Part shown: positions 1 to 8,700 of the stretch, piece by piece
Layout: every line of letters begins with the position of its first letter
How positions within the stretch are numbered: the first letter of the stretch is position 1
DNA from: an uncultured Chitinophagales bacterium
GTDB lineage: Bacteria > Bacteroidota > Bacteroidia > Chitinophagales > BACL12
Assembly: GCA_964429745.1 (NCBI GenBank)
Contig: CAYSDI010000006.1
Location: 1-58,215, forward strand
Length of the DNA stretch: 58,215 bases
Direction of reading: 5' to 3'
Notes under the pieces: generated by a model
The model's database searches: none
Seen by the model: only the letters and a program-made list of their open reading frames with translations
What the model was told of the DNA's origin: nothing
Made by a program: the position numbers and the translations under genes

Positions 1-60
1 GGCCGGAAGAGCCGGATTCGGGATCCGGGCTTGCTCCAGGTGAAAACAGTTCGGCCATGA

Positions 61-936
61 TTAAAGCACGTTCAGCGCCTGCTCTTTAATTTTCTCCAAT
101 TCATCTTTCATTCGCACTACCTGCTGCTGAATGAACGCTTCGTTGGCTTTGGACCCAAGGGTGTTGATTTCGCGACCCATTTCCTGGCTAATGAAACCCA
201 ACTTTTTGCCGGCCTCCTGCTCGTCGTGCAACAGCGTTTCGCGGAAATAGCTCAAATGGCTGGACAGGCGGACCAACTCTTCGTTGAGATCCAATTTCTC
301 CAGATAGTATATTAATTCCTGTTCGAAACGGTTTTGGTCCACTTTGCCGGGGCCCAGCGTTTCCAACAACTGCTGTTCCAGTTTTTGCCGCACGCGCAGC
401 AGCCTATCGCCGCTGGAGGCGGTGATGGAAGCCGTGAGCGCTTCGATAGCTTCCAGCCGGGCATTCATGTCTGCGACCAGATTGGCCCCTTCCTGGGCCC
501 GGAAGGCCTCAAAGCGCGTCAACGCCGTTTCAATCGCCTCCGCAGTTTTGCCCCAAAGTTCCTCAGCATCCAAAGGCTGCCCCGGCACCGTGACGTTTGG
601 CAAGCGCATGATGACCGACATCAGATCGTGGGTGTGCAGGTCCAATTCGCGGCCCAGCGCCTGCAATTCGCGGTGGTAATACCGGATAGCATCGGCATTC
701 AACTCCTGCCGCTCGTCCCCGCCAAGCGATTCCAACGAAATGGTCAGGTCTACTTTTCCGCGCATGACACGCGTTTGCAATTGCTTGCGCAGTGCCATTT
801 CCTGGTAGCGAAACTCCTGAGGCAGGCGCACCGTCAGGTCCAGAAATTTGTTGTTCAACGACCGGACTTCGACGGTCACTGTGTGAACACCCCACTCGAG
901 CACTTCGCGCCCGTATCCGGTCATTGATCGCAACAT
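61..936 (-). CDS. yicC: YicC/YloC family stress-induced protein (endoribonuclease-like)
   Basis: 291-aa ORF starting MLRSMTGYGR, with a C-terminal ...ISQEMGREINTLGSKAN... helix; both are typical of the YicC N-terminal / DUF1732 architecture. Confidence 0.85.
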   Translation of the reverse strand: MLRSMTGYGREVLEWGVHTVTVEVRSLNNKFLDLTVRLPQEFRYQEMALRKQLQTRVMRGKVDLTISLESLGGDERQELNADAIRYYHRELQALGRELDLHTHDLMSVIMRLPNVTVPGQPLDAEELWGKTAEAIETALTRFEAFRAQEGANLVADMNARLEAIEALTASITASSGDRLLRVRQKLEQQLLETLGPGKVDQNRFEQELIYYLEKLDLNEELVRLSSHLSYFRETLLHDEQEAGKKLGFISQEMGREINTLGSKANEAFIQQQVVRMKDELEKIKEQALNVL

Positions 937-946
937 GGGCGTGAAA

Positions 947-1870
947 TTAAGATTTTTGCGCAGGCACAGTGGCGGGCGAAGGGCTCCCCTGCCAAAGGCG
1001 ACCCGGTTGGCTAACCAGCCAGACCCCCGCTCCGATCATTACGCCGCTGCCCAACATAGACCAATGCAGCACGTCGTTGCCGCTCAGCACCGCAATCAGC
1101 GTGGCGATTAATGGCTGGGTGTAAATGTAGATGCTCACCACCGACGCGTTGACCTCTTTGAGGGCCAGCATGTTGAACAGGTAGGCCAAAAAAGTGCTGC
1201 CCACCAGCACAAAGAGGATGGACCACCAGACTTCTGACGGCAAAGCCGCCCATTCAATCTGGGGCAATTGTCCGGCACCAACGGGCACCACCGCAAACAG
1301 GCCAAAAAAGAAAACCCAGGTCACCACCGTAACCGGGTGGTAGCGCTGCATAAGCGGTTTGACCAAGGCCAGGTAAATGCCGTAAGACGTGGCGTTGACC
1401 AGGATGAGCAGGTCGCCGGTGAGGCTGGCTGTGCGCGAAGAAGGGCCGGCACTCTGGCCCACCAGCCAGGCGAGCCCTGCGGCCCCGAGCAGAATTCCGG
1501 CGCCCTTTCGAACCGTTATGCCTTCGCGACCGCTGATCCAGCCCACCAGCAGCACCAGCAACGGCGTGGCGATCATAATCAGCGAAGCGTGGATTTCGGA
1601 GGTCATGTAGAGCCCCTGAAAAAAGCAAAGCTGGTTGATGGCCACCCCAAAAAGACCGCAGAGCGCCAGGAGGGGCATGTCCTTTCGCTCTACTTTTTCG
1701 CGAATGAACATGCGCTGGAACAACGCGAACAAAATCAGGGCCACAATAACCCGAAGCACGATGAAGCCCAGCGGTGGTATCCAGCCGTTGAGCGCAATTT
1801 TGGCAATGTGGTAGTTGACCCCGTAAAGGAGGTTGGCGCCCAGCAGGTAGAGGTGAGGTCGGAAGCGCAA
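947..1870 (-). CDS. EamA/DMT-superfamily transporter
   Basis: 307-aa polytopic ORF with about 10 hydrophobic segments in two EamA-like halves (...LLYGVNYHIAKIAL...; ...ATSYGIYLALVKPL...). Confidence 0.8.
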   Translation of the reverse strand: MRFRPHLYLLGANLLYGVNYHIAKIALNGWIPPLGFIVLRVIVALILFALFQRMFIREKVERKDMPLLALCGLFGVAINQLCFFQGLYMTSEIHASLIMIATPLLVLLVGWISGREGITVRKGAGILLGAAGLAWLVGQSAGPSSRTASLTGDLLILVNATSYGIYLALVKPLMQRYHPVTVVTWVFFFGLFAVVPVGAGQLPQIEWAALPSEVWWSILFVLVGSTFLAYLFNMLALKEVNASVVSIYIYTQPLIATLIAVLSGNDVLHWSMLGSGVMIGAGVWLVSQPGRLWQGSPSPATVPAQKS

Positions 1871-2014
1871 AGGACGTTTTGAACTACTCTATCGGGTGCT
1901 TATAAAAATACCAGAGACGAGGCTCAACCAATTTTTAACACCAGAGTTTACTCCTGTAAATGAGGATGCTAAAAATTGGGCGTAACGAAGTATCTGGTCT
2001 TTTTAAAGGCACCC

Positions 2015-5000
2015 TTAAAAATCGAGGCTGAGACTAAAGTAATAGGTCGGATCAAGGACTTCGCCGGTGTCCAGCCCCCACGCCATATCAAAGCGAAGGA
2101 AGTACCCAAAAATCAACGTGCGAGCGCCAAATCCATAGCCAAAGACAACCGGGTTCTGGAAATAGTTCACCGTAGTGGTAATGGGCCCGTTTACGTTGAC
2201 CACCGTGTTGAACCGGTCTTCGTCATCAAAGGGCAACGCGCCCTGCCAGGCCGAACCGGCGTCAAAGAAACCGACCATCTGGAAATTGCGGATGAGCTCG
2301 GAGCGAATGGGCTTGTTGAGCAGGTAGCTGAACAAGGGCACGCGCAACTCTGAGTTGAGTACGGCATAGCTGCTCCCGTTGCGGGCGTTCTGGTCAAAGC
2401 CCCGCATATTTGTAGCCAATGTCTGGAACGCGTAGTTGACGTTGGGGTCAACCACCGTTTCCGTATTAAAACGGGCACCGATCCAGGAATCCACCCCGCC
2501 CAGGTAGTAGATCAATTTGCTGGCTCCAAAGGAGGAAGCTCCGGCAACCCGGTTGGCCCAAATGATGTTTCGGTGCACGCGCAGATAGTGGCGGGCGTCA
2601 AGTCCGACGACGCCCAAAAATCCGTCGTCGAAACTCACGTCTATCTGATCGGTCACATTGACTTCAAAGCCTTTGTGCATTTCTGTCCACACTTTCCAGC
2701 GCAATCCCAAAGGCAAGTTGGTGCCCAGCGAAATGGTGTTGTCCTGGACATACTCCACTTTGACGGAAACCCAGTCGTCTTTTTCGTTGGGCACGTTCAG
2801 GCTGAACTCGTCAGACGAGAGAAAATTGATCTTGTCGTTGCGGTAGGTCGCGTAACCCCGAACGCTGCGCATAACATCAAAAGGCCACGACAGCGTAACT
2901 TGTGCCAGGTTGGTTTTTACCCGCGCGTTCAGCGGGTTGTTGGTCAGCGGCCGAACATCATAAGCCGTGCGATTAGCGGAGTAGTAATACATGAACTCGC
3001 GGTCTAGTCGGCGGCGAAAATCCTGGTAAGTGAGAAAGTACTCCGAGCCGTTAAACGAAGTGGGCAACCGGAATCCGCCAATGAAACGGTGGTCTTCAAA
3101 CAAGTCGGCAATGGAGACGGTGAACAAGCCGCTCAAATCCGGTTGCGTAAACTGGCCCCCTCCGGCGCGGAAACTCTGGTAGCGGTTGATGAACAGGCTG
3201 TTATCCAATTGCGTCGTCACGGCTTCGGTGGCAAACTGCACGCGGTAGGGCCGGATATTGCCGCGCCGGAAAGGCTCACCCCGATAGACCAGGTTATATT
3301 CGCCCGGTCCGTCCGGCACTTTGGCTGTCGGGGCCACTTGGGCACCGGGTATGGCTTTGATTTCAACCGGGGGAAATTCGCTCTGGAACCAGTACGACGG
3401 CTCGTCTTCTTCAACGGGTTCTGGTTCAGTGGGCTGTTTTTTAGGCGGCTTTTGTTGCGCCAGGCCATCGCCGGTTGTGCCGTTGCTACCCGGGTTTTCC
3501 GGACGCGTAGCCAGAAGGTCTTCCGGCAACTTGTGCAAAAAGAATTCCGCCCTTCCCCCGACCATAAACAAATCTACGGAACGTCCTATTTTGGGAGCGG
3601 CGTTATGCGCTTGCAGGTTGCGGGCGAATTTGGATTGCGCAAAAACCACCGCCGTGTCGCGATAGACCGGCTTTCGCCAAACCGAATCAATCAGGCCTGC
3701 TTCCAAAAAGGGAGCCAGGTCATAGCGGGGCTGGAACGCCACGGAATCTTTGAAAAAGGCGGTTATGGCGGTGTAGGCGAAAACGCTGTCCAGGTAACCG
3801 GCAAAACGGTTGCGGATACCGTTGTCATCGCTGAGAAAACTGAAATGCAGATCGTCTAATTGCTGCGGTTGCCGTTCCTGAGCATCGGGGGTGCGCGTCA
3901 GGCGCAACAGGCTTTTGTTTGCCCCCTCGTCGTCGTAAAACCAGAGGTCCAGGTTGCCTACCGGCAGCACGGAATCCTCGCGCAGGTTCAACAAGGTGTC
4001 CCGTTGGCGGTTGGAGGCAAAAATGACCCCTTCGCGGCCATCCAGGCTGACCCAGGATGGGTCCAGATCGTCGTAGTAATCGTTGGTGATCTGCTGAAGC
4101 CGGGCATTGTTGACGTAATAGTAGTAGAGGTCGGATTGACCCTTGTTCATGGCCGAAATGACCAACTTGCGCGGATCGTTGGTAAACGCAATGGCGTGAA
4201 TGCGCTGGAAGCGGGCAATCTCACTTTCTTCTTTTTCGCCGGTTTCCAAATCGTACAGGACAAGCCGGATTTTGGCTCGCTTTTCGTAGACAATGGCCAG
4301 CCGGCTTCCGCGCGAGTCCCAGGCTAACAGGGGATAAGAAAGATCGGTGGCCAGGCTAAGTGTGCGAAAGCCGCCGCGCTGAATCACTTTGGCTTTGCCC
4401 GGCGTCAGGTCTTCCGTGGCATCTGCGCTGGCTTTAGGAGCTCGGACTGGACGGGTTGAAGGCAACTTCAATTCCTGCAGGCGCACAGCATAGCGACCGT
4501 CATCGTCAGTTACGTAGGCCAAATGAGAGCCGCTGGGGTGCAACGTGGGGCTGTGGTAGTCCCAGCGTTTGCGGTATTTCTTGCCAGCCAGAACAGTAGA
4601 GTCCGGCTGGACCATGTTTTTGCTGCCCAGCGTGTATTGCGTGTCGTAAAAGGCCCGCCATTCTTCGATAACCTGGGGTACTGACGCCCCAAGCACGAAC
4701 AGAAAGCCGTTTTCCAGGCTCCGGTTGACCCGGATCAGGTACAGCAGGTTGGGAATGTTGGAGGCTCCATACTTGTCGGCGATAAAATGCCAGAGCGAAT
4801 GGCCGGCAAAACGCGCGTCGGAGCCTGTCAGCTTGCTGAATTTGTCATAGCGGCCGCTGGTCATGCCGTCGCGGAGCTGGTCGTCCAGTTCAGAGGTCCA
4901 TTCCTGGCCCACATACGCCACCAGCCCTTCGCTGAACCACTCCGGAAGGTTAAGCAACACAGCGTTTTGCACAATTTCCTGCAAGCTGCCGCCAAAGACC

Positions 5001-5464
5001 ATGTTCTCAATCAAAATCCGCGCGATGCCTTCGCGGATCTGCCGGCGCATATCGGCATGAGAACCGGTGAAATAGATGAAGAGCTTATTGCCGATGATGG
5101 CCGTGGTGCCGCCCGTGTTGTAGCTGGCCCCGGTTGACGCCCCAATGTTGGTCTGGTTAAGGTCGCTGATGGTGTTGTAAACAATGATGGAAATCTGCCG
5201 GTTGACCCGGTAATCCAGCATCTGTTCAATTTCAATAAGGTCTACTTCGGCCATTTGCGACGCAAAGCGCCCGAGCTGCTGACCGCCTGCGTTGAAATAG
5301 GTGTTAAAGTGCTCCGATTCGTAGTGCTGCCACTCAAATTCCTTGTACTGTACCCGGTTCTGGCCAAAGCGCTCCTGCGTGCCCTGGGCTTGGGCAGCAA
5401 CAAAGGCCACAGAGGCCAGCATCAGACAAAGCGCTCGAAGCAGAATTCGGAACATAAGCGACAA
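2015..5464 (-). CDS. Large outer-membrane protein: signal peptide, MA-peptidase-like N-domain, TolB/PD40-like propeller and an Omp85-type C-terminal beta-barrel
   Basis: 1149-aa ORF. Signal peptide ends ...VAFVAAQAQG. PD40-like repeats are present (AYVTDDDGRYAVRL, LAIVYEKRAKIRLVLYDLETGE). The C-terminus has an alternating-hydrophobic strand pattern ending YYFSLSLDF, with the terminal Phe typical of an OMP beta-signal. Confidence 0.75.
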   Translation of the reverse strand: MSLMFRILLRALCLMLASVAFVAAQAQGTQERFGQNRVQYKEFEWQHYESEHFNTYFNAGGQQLGRFASQMAEVDLIEIEQMLDYRVNRQISIIVYNTISDLNQTNIGASTGASYNTGGTTAIIGNKLFIYFTGSHADMRRQIREGIARILIENMVFGGSLQEIVQNAVLLNLPEWFSEGLVAYVGQEWTSELDDQLRDGMTSGRYDKFSKLTGSDARFAGHSLWHFIADKYGASNIPNLLYLIRVNRSLENGFLFVLGASVPQVIEEWRAFYDTQYTLGSKNMVQPDSTVLAGKKYRKRWDYHSPTLHPSGSHLAYVTDDDGRYAVRLQELKLPSTRPVRAPKASADATEDLTPGKAKVIQRGGFRTLSLATDLSYPLLAWDSRGSRLAIVYEKRAKIRLVLYDLETGEKEESEIARFQRIHAIAFTNDPRKLVISAMNKGQSDLYYYYVNNARLQQITNDYYDDLDPSWVSLDGREGVIFASNRQRDTLLNLREDSVLPVGNLDLWFYDDEGANKSLLRLTRTPDAQERQPQQLDDLHFSFLSDDNGIRNRFAGYLDSVFAYTAITAFFKDSVAFQPRYDLAPFLEAGLIDSVWRKPVYRDTAVVFAQSKFARNLQAHNAAPKIGRSVDLFMVGGRAEFFLHKLPEDLLATRPENPGSNGTTGDGLAQQKPPKKQPTEPEPVEEDEPSYWFQSEFPPVEIKAIPGAQVAPTAKVPDGPGEYNLVYRGEPFRRGNIRPYRVQFATEAVTTQLDNSLFINRYQSFRAGGGQFTQPDLSGLFTVSIADLFEDHRFIGGFRLPTSFNGSEYFLTYQDFRRRLDREFMYYYSANRTAYDVRPLTNNPLNARVKTNLAQVTLSWPFDVMRSVRGYATYRNDKINFLSSDEFSLNVPNEKDDWVSVKVEYVQDNTISLGTNLPLGLRWKVWTEMHKGFEVNVTDQIDVSFDDGFLGVVGLDARHYLRVHRNIIWANRVAGASSFGASKLIYYLGGVDSWIGARFNTETVVDPNVNYAFQTLATNMRGFDQNARNGSSYAVLNSELRVPLFSYLLNKPIRSELIRNFQMVGFFDAGSAWQGALPFDDEDRFNTVVNVNGPITTTVNYFQNPVVFGYGFGARTLIFGYFLRFDMAWGLDTGEVLDPTYYFSLSLDF

Positions 5465-5572
5465 TACAAGGGGTACGCAGCGGCCGTTAAAAGTTACGTT
5501 TTTTGATCACCTGACTGACCCTTAGACGAGGAATTGGGCGGGGAATAAACCAATTGGCTCCACAAGGTCGGT

Positions 5573-5580
5573 TAACTTTG
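5573..5580 (+). promoter_or_regulatory. Candidate Bacteroidota -7 promoter box (TAACTTTG = TAnnTTTG) for the MBL hydrolase gene
   Basis: Exact match to the TAnnTTTG -7 consensus, correctly oriented, 87 nt upstream of the ATG at 5667. This is motif evidence only. Confidence 0.3.
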
Positions 5581-5666
5581 AGCGCCCGACGCTTTAAAAC
5601 GCCGCTGCGGCAAGCCTGCAAGTTATCCTGGAAAATTACAGGGAACTGATTAGACAACGCAAGACC

Positions 5667-6332
5667 ATGAACGCTATTGCGAGCTTTGTGTTCAGCCCAT
5701 TTGCCGAAAATACTTACGTCATCGCCGATCCCGGTGGCACCTGTGTCATTATTGATCCGGGTTGTTCAGATGCAGTCGAGCGGCGCGAGCTGGAGGCTTA
5801 CATCCTGGACAACCACCTGACGCCCGTCCACCTGCTCAATACCCATTGCCACATTGACCACGTGTTTGGCAACGCCTTTGTTGCCGCTCGCTTCCAGTTG
5901 GAACTGGCCAGCCACCGCGGCGAACAAGAAGTGCTCAACGCAGCGGGGCCCTTCGCCGATGCTTTTGGTGTTCCGTTCGAGCCCTCACCGGCCATCAGCC
6001 GCTTTTTGGAGCCGGGTCAGGTGGTCGAGTTTGGTCAAACGCAACTGGAGGTGCTCTTCGTACCAGGCCATTCGCCCGCATCCATCGCCTTTTACAACCG
6101 CAAGGAGGGCTATGTCATTGCCGGGGACACGCTTTTTGCGGGCAGCATCGGCCGCACGGATCTTCCCGGGGGAAGTGCCCCGGTGCTCCTGGCGAGTATC
6201 GAGCGCGAATTGCTCAGCTTGCCGGACCAAACGCGCATTCTTTCCGGCCACATGCAGGAAACCACAGTAGGGCGCGAACGGAAGAGCAATCCCTTCCTGT
6301 TGGCCTGGAAACAAGGTCTGCCGATCGGGTAG
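5667..6332 (+). CDS. MBL-fold metallo-hydrolase (glyoxalase II-like)
   Basis: 221-aa ORF with the HxHxDH motif (NTHCHIDHV) and downstream His/Asp ligands (VPGHSP, GDTLF, SGH). Confidence 0.85.
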   Translation: MNAIASFVFSPFAENTYVIADPGGTCVIIDPGCSDAVERRELEAYILDNHLTPVHLLNTHCHIDHVFGNAFVAARFQLELASHRGEQEVLNAAGPFADAFGVPFEPSPAISRFLEPGQVVEFGQTQLEVLFVPGHSPASIAFYNRKEGYVIAGDTLFAGSIGRTDLPGGSAPVLLASIERELLSLPDQTRILSGHMQETTVGRERKSNPFLLAWKQGLPIG

Positions 6333-6373
6333 TGCTTTAGGCTGGGCGACCGGTTTGCCGATGTAGCGGCCGC

Positions 6374-6961
6374 TTACCGCACCAGGTTCAGGTAGGACTG
6401 TACGTCATCGCCCATGCCGTCCACTTCGACAATCACGAAGTACCTGCCCTGTGGCAAAGGCTGACCCTCGCGGTCCAGGCCGCTCCAGCCGTTGGCGTAG
6501 CCGCGCTGGGTAAAGACTTTTTGGCCCTGGCTGTTGAAGATCAGGATGCGGTTTTCCGGGAACTGCTCAATTCCGGGAATGACCAGGGGTTCGCCAATCC
6601 GACTGTCGCCGCGGGCAGGCAGCGCAAGCCCGGCATGGCCGGCCTCCCAAACGCCCGTGCCATATACCACCGAACGGGAACTCGGGTCATTGCTTTGGCT
6701 GGCTGGCCTGATGGAACTGCGCGATGCTGTGCTTGGCTCAGAGGCCTGGCGGTGCATCGCAATGGGGTCCGATGCCTGTGCCTTGGAATCCGCGGAATCG
6801 TTCTGCGAAAGAGGTAAAATGGGCGAATTGGGTGCTTTAGCCGCAGCCATTCCTGCCTGGTTAGCCTTGTGCGTTGGCAAGGCGCTAACCCCGGAAGGGA
6901 GCCCTAGCGCAATGCATAAAGAGAAGGCAACAGAAAAAAGTTGGGAGTAGCGTTGATGCAT
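6374..6961 (-). CDS. Small secreted protein: signal peptide, low-complexity linker and a T9SS type-B (gliding-motility-associated) C-terminal sorting domain
   Basis: The C-terminal ~85 aa (LVIPGIEQFPENRILIFNSQGQKVFTQRGYANGWSGLDREGQPLPQGRYFVIVEVDG...SYLNLVR) fit the type-B CTD pattern. I chose the internal ATG at 6961 because it gives the signal peptide MHQRYSQLFSVAFSLCIALGLPSGVSA. The ORF is open up to 7060. Confidence 0.7.
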   Translation of the reverse strand: MHQRYSQLFSVAFSLCIALGLPSGVSALPTHKANQAGMAAAKAPNSPILPLSQNDSADSKAQASDPIAMHRQASEPSTASRSSIRPASQSNDPSSRSVVYGTGVWEAGHAGLALPARGDSRIGEPLVIPGIEQFPENRILIFNSQGQKVFTQRGYANGWSGLDREGQPLPQGRYFVIVEVDGMGDDVQSYLNLVR

Positions 6962-6972
6962 GAGGGTCGTTT

Positions 6973-7011
6973 CTTGAAACAAAGACTTGAAACAAAAACT
7001 TGAAACAATGA
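6973..7011. repeat. 3 x 13-bp tandem repeat (CTTGAAACAAAGA / CTTGAAACAAAAA / CTTGAAACAATGA), bracketed by the 7-bp inverted repeat GAGGGTC (6962-6968) / GACCCTC (7010-7016)
   Basis: Read directly from the sequence. It lies 12 nt upstream of the preferred start codon (6961, minus strand) of the type-B CTD mini-protein. Confidence 0.9.
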
Positions 7012-7374
7012 CCCTCCCCCGGTTTGCTCCCATTAAGGTAAGGAGCCGGGTTGAAAGCACCTAGCAATTTTCGAAAAAGGTGAGTTATTATTTTGCCATT
7101 CAATACTTTACGTAATTAATAAAATTATTATTTAGTGGAATTGTGAAGAGCCTCTTTTCCAGGAATTTGACCCAAAAAGACGCTAAATCAGCAGCATCAA
7201 ACCCTAAAGGTGACATCCGCAGGGGTTGCATGCTGAAAAAGGCTGCGTTTTGGGGGCCTGGAACACCCATCGTGACAGAACAGGCTTTAGGACACTTTCA
7301 GAAACCCCAGCTACTTCGATGCGCGAAAGCTTTACCATCCTCCATTAAAAGGGTAGCCTCCGCCGTTAAATGTT

Positions 7375-7409
7375 GCGGCCCGAATTCCTTGAGGAGGAAT
7401 TCGGGCCGC
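7375..7409 (-). terminator. Strong hairpin downstream of porV (14-bp stem GCGGCCCGAATTCC / GGAATTCGGGCCGC, 7-nt loop)
   Basis: Perfect inverted repeat 46 nt past the porV stop. There is no clean U-tract on the minus strand, so it is terminator-like or a processing site rather than a canonical intrinsic terminator. Confidence 0.45.
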
Positions 7410-7454
7410 AAAAAGGCACAAAAACTTTGGAGCAATAGCCCAGCTACACGAGGT

Positions 7455-8648
7455 TTAGCTTCCCGCTTCTTTGGTCTTGCCTTTGATGTCGTTAAAATCG
7501 AAGCTGAGGGAGAAGCGCAAGGTGTTGTCCAGCGGGTTGCGCTGGTTGGACGTAGGCACCAGGTAGCTGAAGTCCAAGCCAAAGACGTTGTAGCGCAAAC
7601 CAATGCCCACCGTAAAGAACTTGCGGTTGCCTTTAGTACTATGCTCGTTGAAGTAGCCGGCGCGGACCGCAAACTGCTGATCGTACCAGTATTCGACACC
7701 GAGGCTGTAGATAAACTCGTTAAACTCTTCAGAGAAGCCACCCGGGGCATCGGAGAACGATGTAAGCATGCCGGAAACGATGCTTTGTTCTTTGTAATCG
7801 AAAATGCCGTTGGAAGGATCAAAGTCAGAAGTATCAGGCGTAGGAACCAACAGCTTGTTGATATCGGCACCAATCATGATGCTGTTGAAGTCGTCCACGT
7901 TGATGGTCCAGGCCACGCCGGTGCCTAGGTTGGTCGGCAGAAAGTCCCGGTTTTCCGCGTTGTCGGTGTAGGAAATTTTGGTGCCGATGTTGGACACGTT
8001 GATTCCCCAGGCCAGCACGGTCTCCAGGTCGTTTACTTCTACCGGGTGCTGCCCATAGAAGTTGATGTCTGCGGCAATAGCCTGACCGGGATTAATGTTG
8101 ATGCCGTTGACTTGCTGGCCACTTGCCAGGTTAGAGAAAATGTAGCGAAGATTGACACCAGCTCCAACGTTGTCGCTGAGTTTGCGGGCGTAGGCCACAT
8201 CCACGGCAAATTCATTTGGACGACCCTGTCCCGTTTCTGTACCGGTAATATCCGTGAAAACAATGTTTCCCAGCGAGAAGTAGCGCAGCGAAAAACCAAT
8301 CGTAGACAGATCGTCTACTTTCTTGTAGCCGCTCAGGTAGGCCAGGTAAATGTCGTTGACAAGTTGCTTAAGCCAGGGGGTGTAAGTGAGCGAGAAACCC
8401 ATTTCGCTTTCTACAAAAGCCAGCTTAGACGAATTCCAGAAGATGGAATTGGCATCCGGAGAAATGGCCACTCCTAAGTCGCCCATGCCGCCGGAGCGGG
8501 CGTTGGGGGCAATGCGAAGGAAAGGAACGGCGGTATTGATGGTGTTGATGCGGCCGTCAACACCCCCGGGATTAGCAACTTGTGCCTGGACAGACAGCGT
8601 GGAAACCAGCCCAATGCATGCTAAAAAAAGTGCCTGGAAATTCTTCAT
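7455..8648 (-). CDS. porV: T9SS outer-membrane shuttle protein PorV (LptO)
   Basis: 397-aa ORF with a signal peptide, then ...INTINTAVPFLRIAPNARSGGMGDLGVAISPDANS..., the characteristic PorV N-terminal motif. It is beta-barrel-like throughout and sits immediately downstream of porU. Confidence 0.9.
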   Translation of the reverse strand: MKNFQALFLACIGLVSTLSVQAQVANPGGVDGRINTINTAVPFLRIAPNARSGGMGDLGVAISPDANSIFWNSSKLAFVESEMGFSLTYTPWLKQLVNDIYLAYLSGYKKVDDLSTIGFSLRYFSLGNIVFTDITGTETGQGRPNEFAVDVAYARKLSDNVGAGVNLRYIFSNLASGQQVNGININPGQAIAADINFYGQHPVEVNDLETVLAWGINVSNIGTKISYTDNAENRDFLPTNLGTGVAWTINVDDFNSIMIGADINKLLVPTPDTSDFDPSNGIFDYKEQSIVSGMLTSFSDAPGGFSEEFNEFIYSLGVEYWYDQQFAVRAGYFNEHSTKGNRKFFTVGIGLRYNVFGLDFSYLVPTSNQRNPLDNTLRFSLSFDFNDIKGKTKEAGS

Positions 8649-8700
8649 ACCAAATAGCGCGAAAAGGTTTGTGAAAAGCTGGAGCGCAAAAGTACCCCAA

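Noticed and set aside
1-60. Possible 3' end of a plus-strand gene (frame 1 reads ...LLQVKTVRP-stop at 58-60), and a small CCGGAT-TCGGG-ATCCGG hairpin at 12-28.
   Set aside because: Only 19 codons are visible, which is too short to support a CDS call. The hairpin is weak and has no U-tract.
7061-7374. 314-bp non-coding stretch between porV and the mini-CTD gene, examined for a small RNA (tRNA, tmRNA, RNase P, SRP or 6S signatures) or a small ORF.
   Set aside because: No conserved RNA motifs were found (no GTTCGAATC-type T-loop and no GAGGAAAGTCC). The only ORF through it (7143-7928) runs antisense into porV. The AT-rich part near 7080-7140 looks like the promoter region of the mini-CTD gene.
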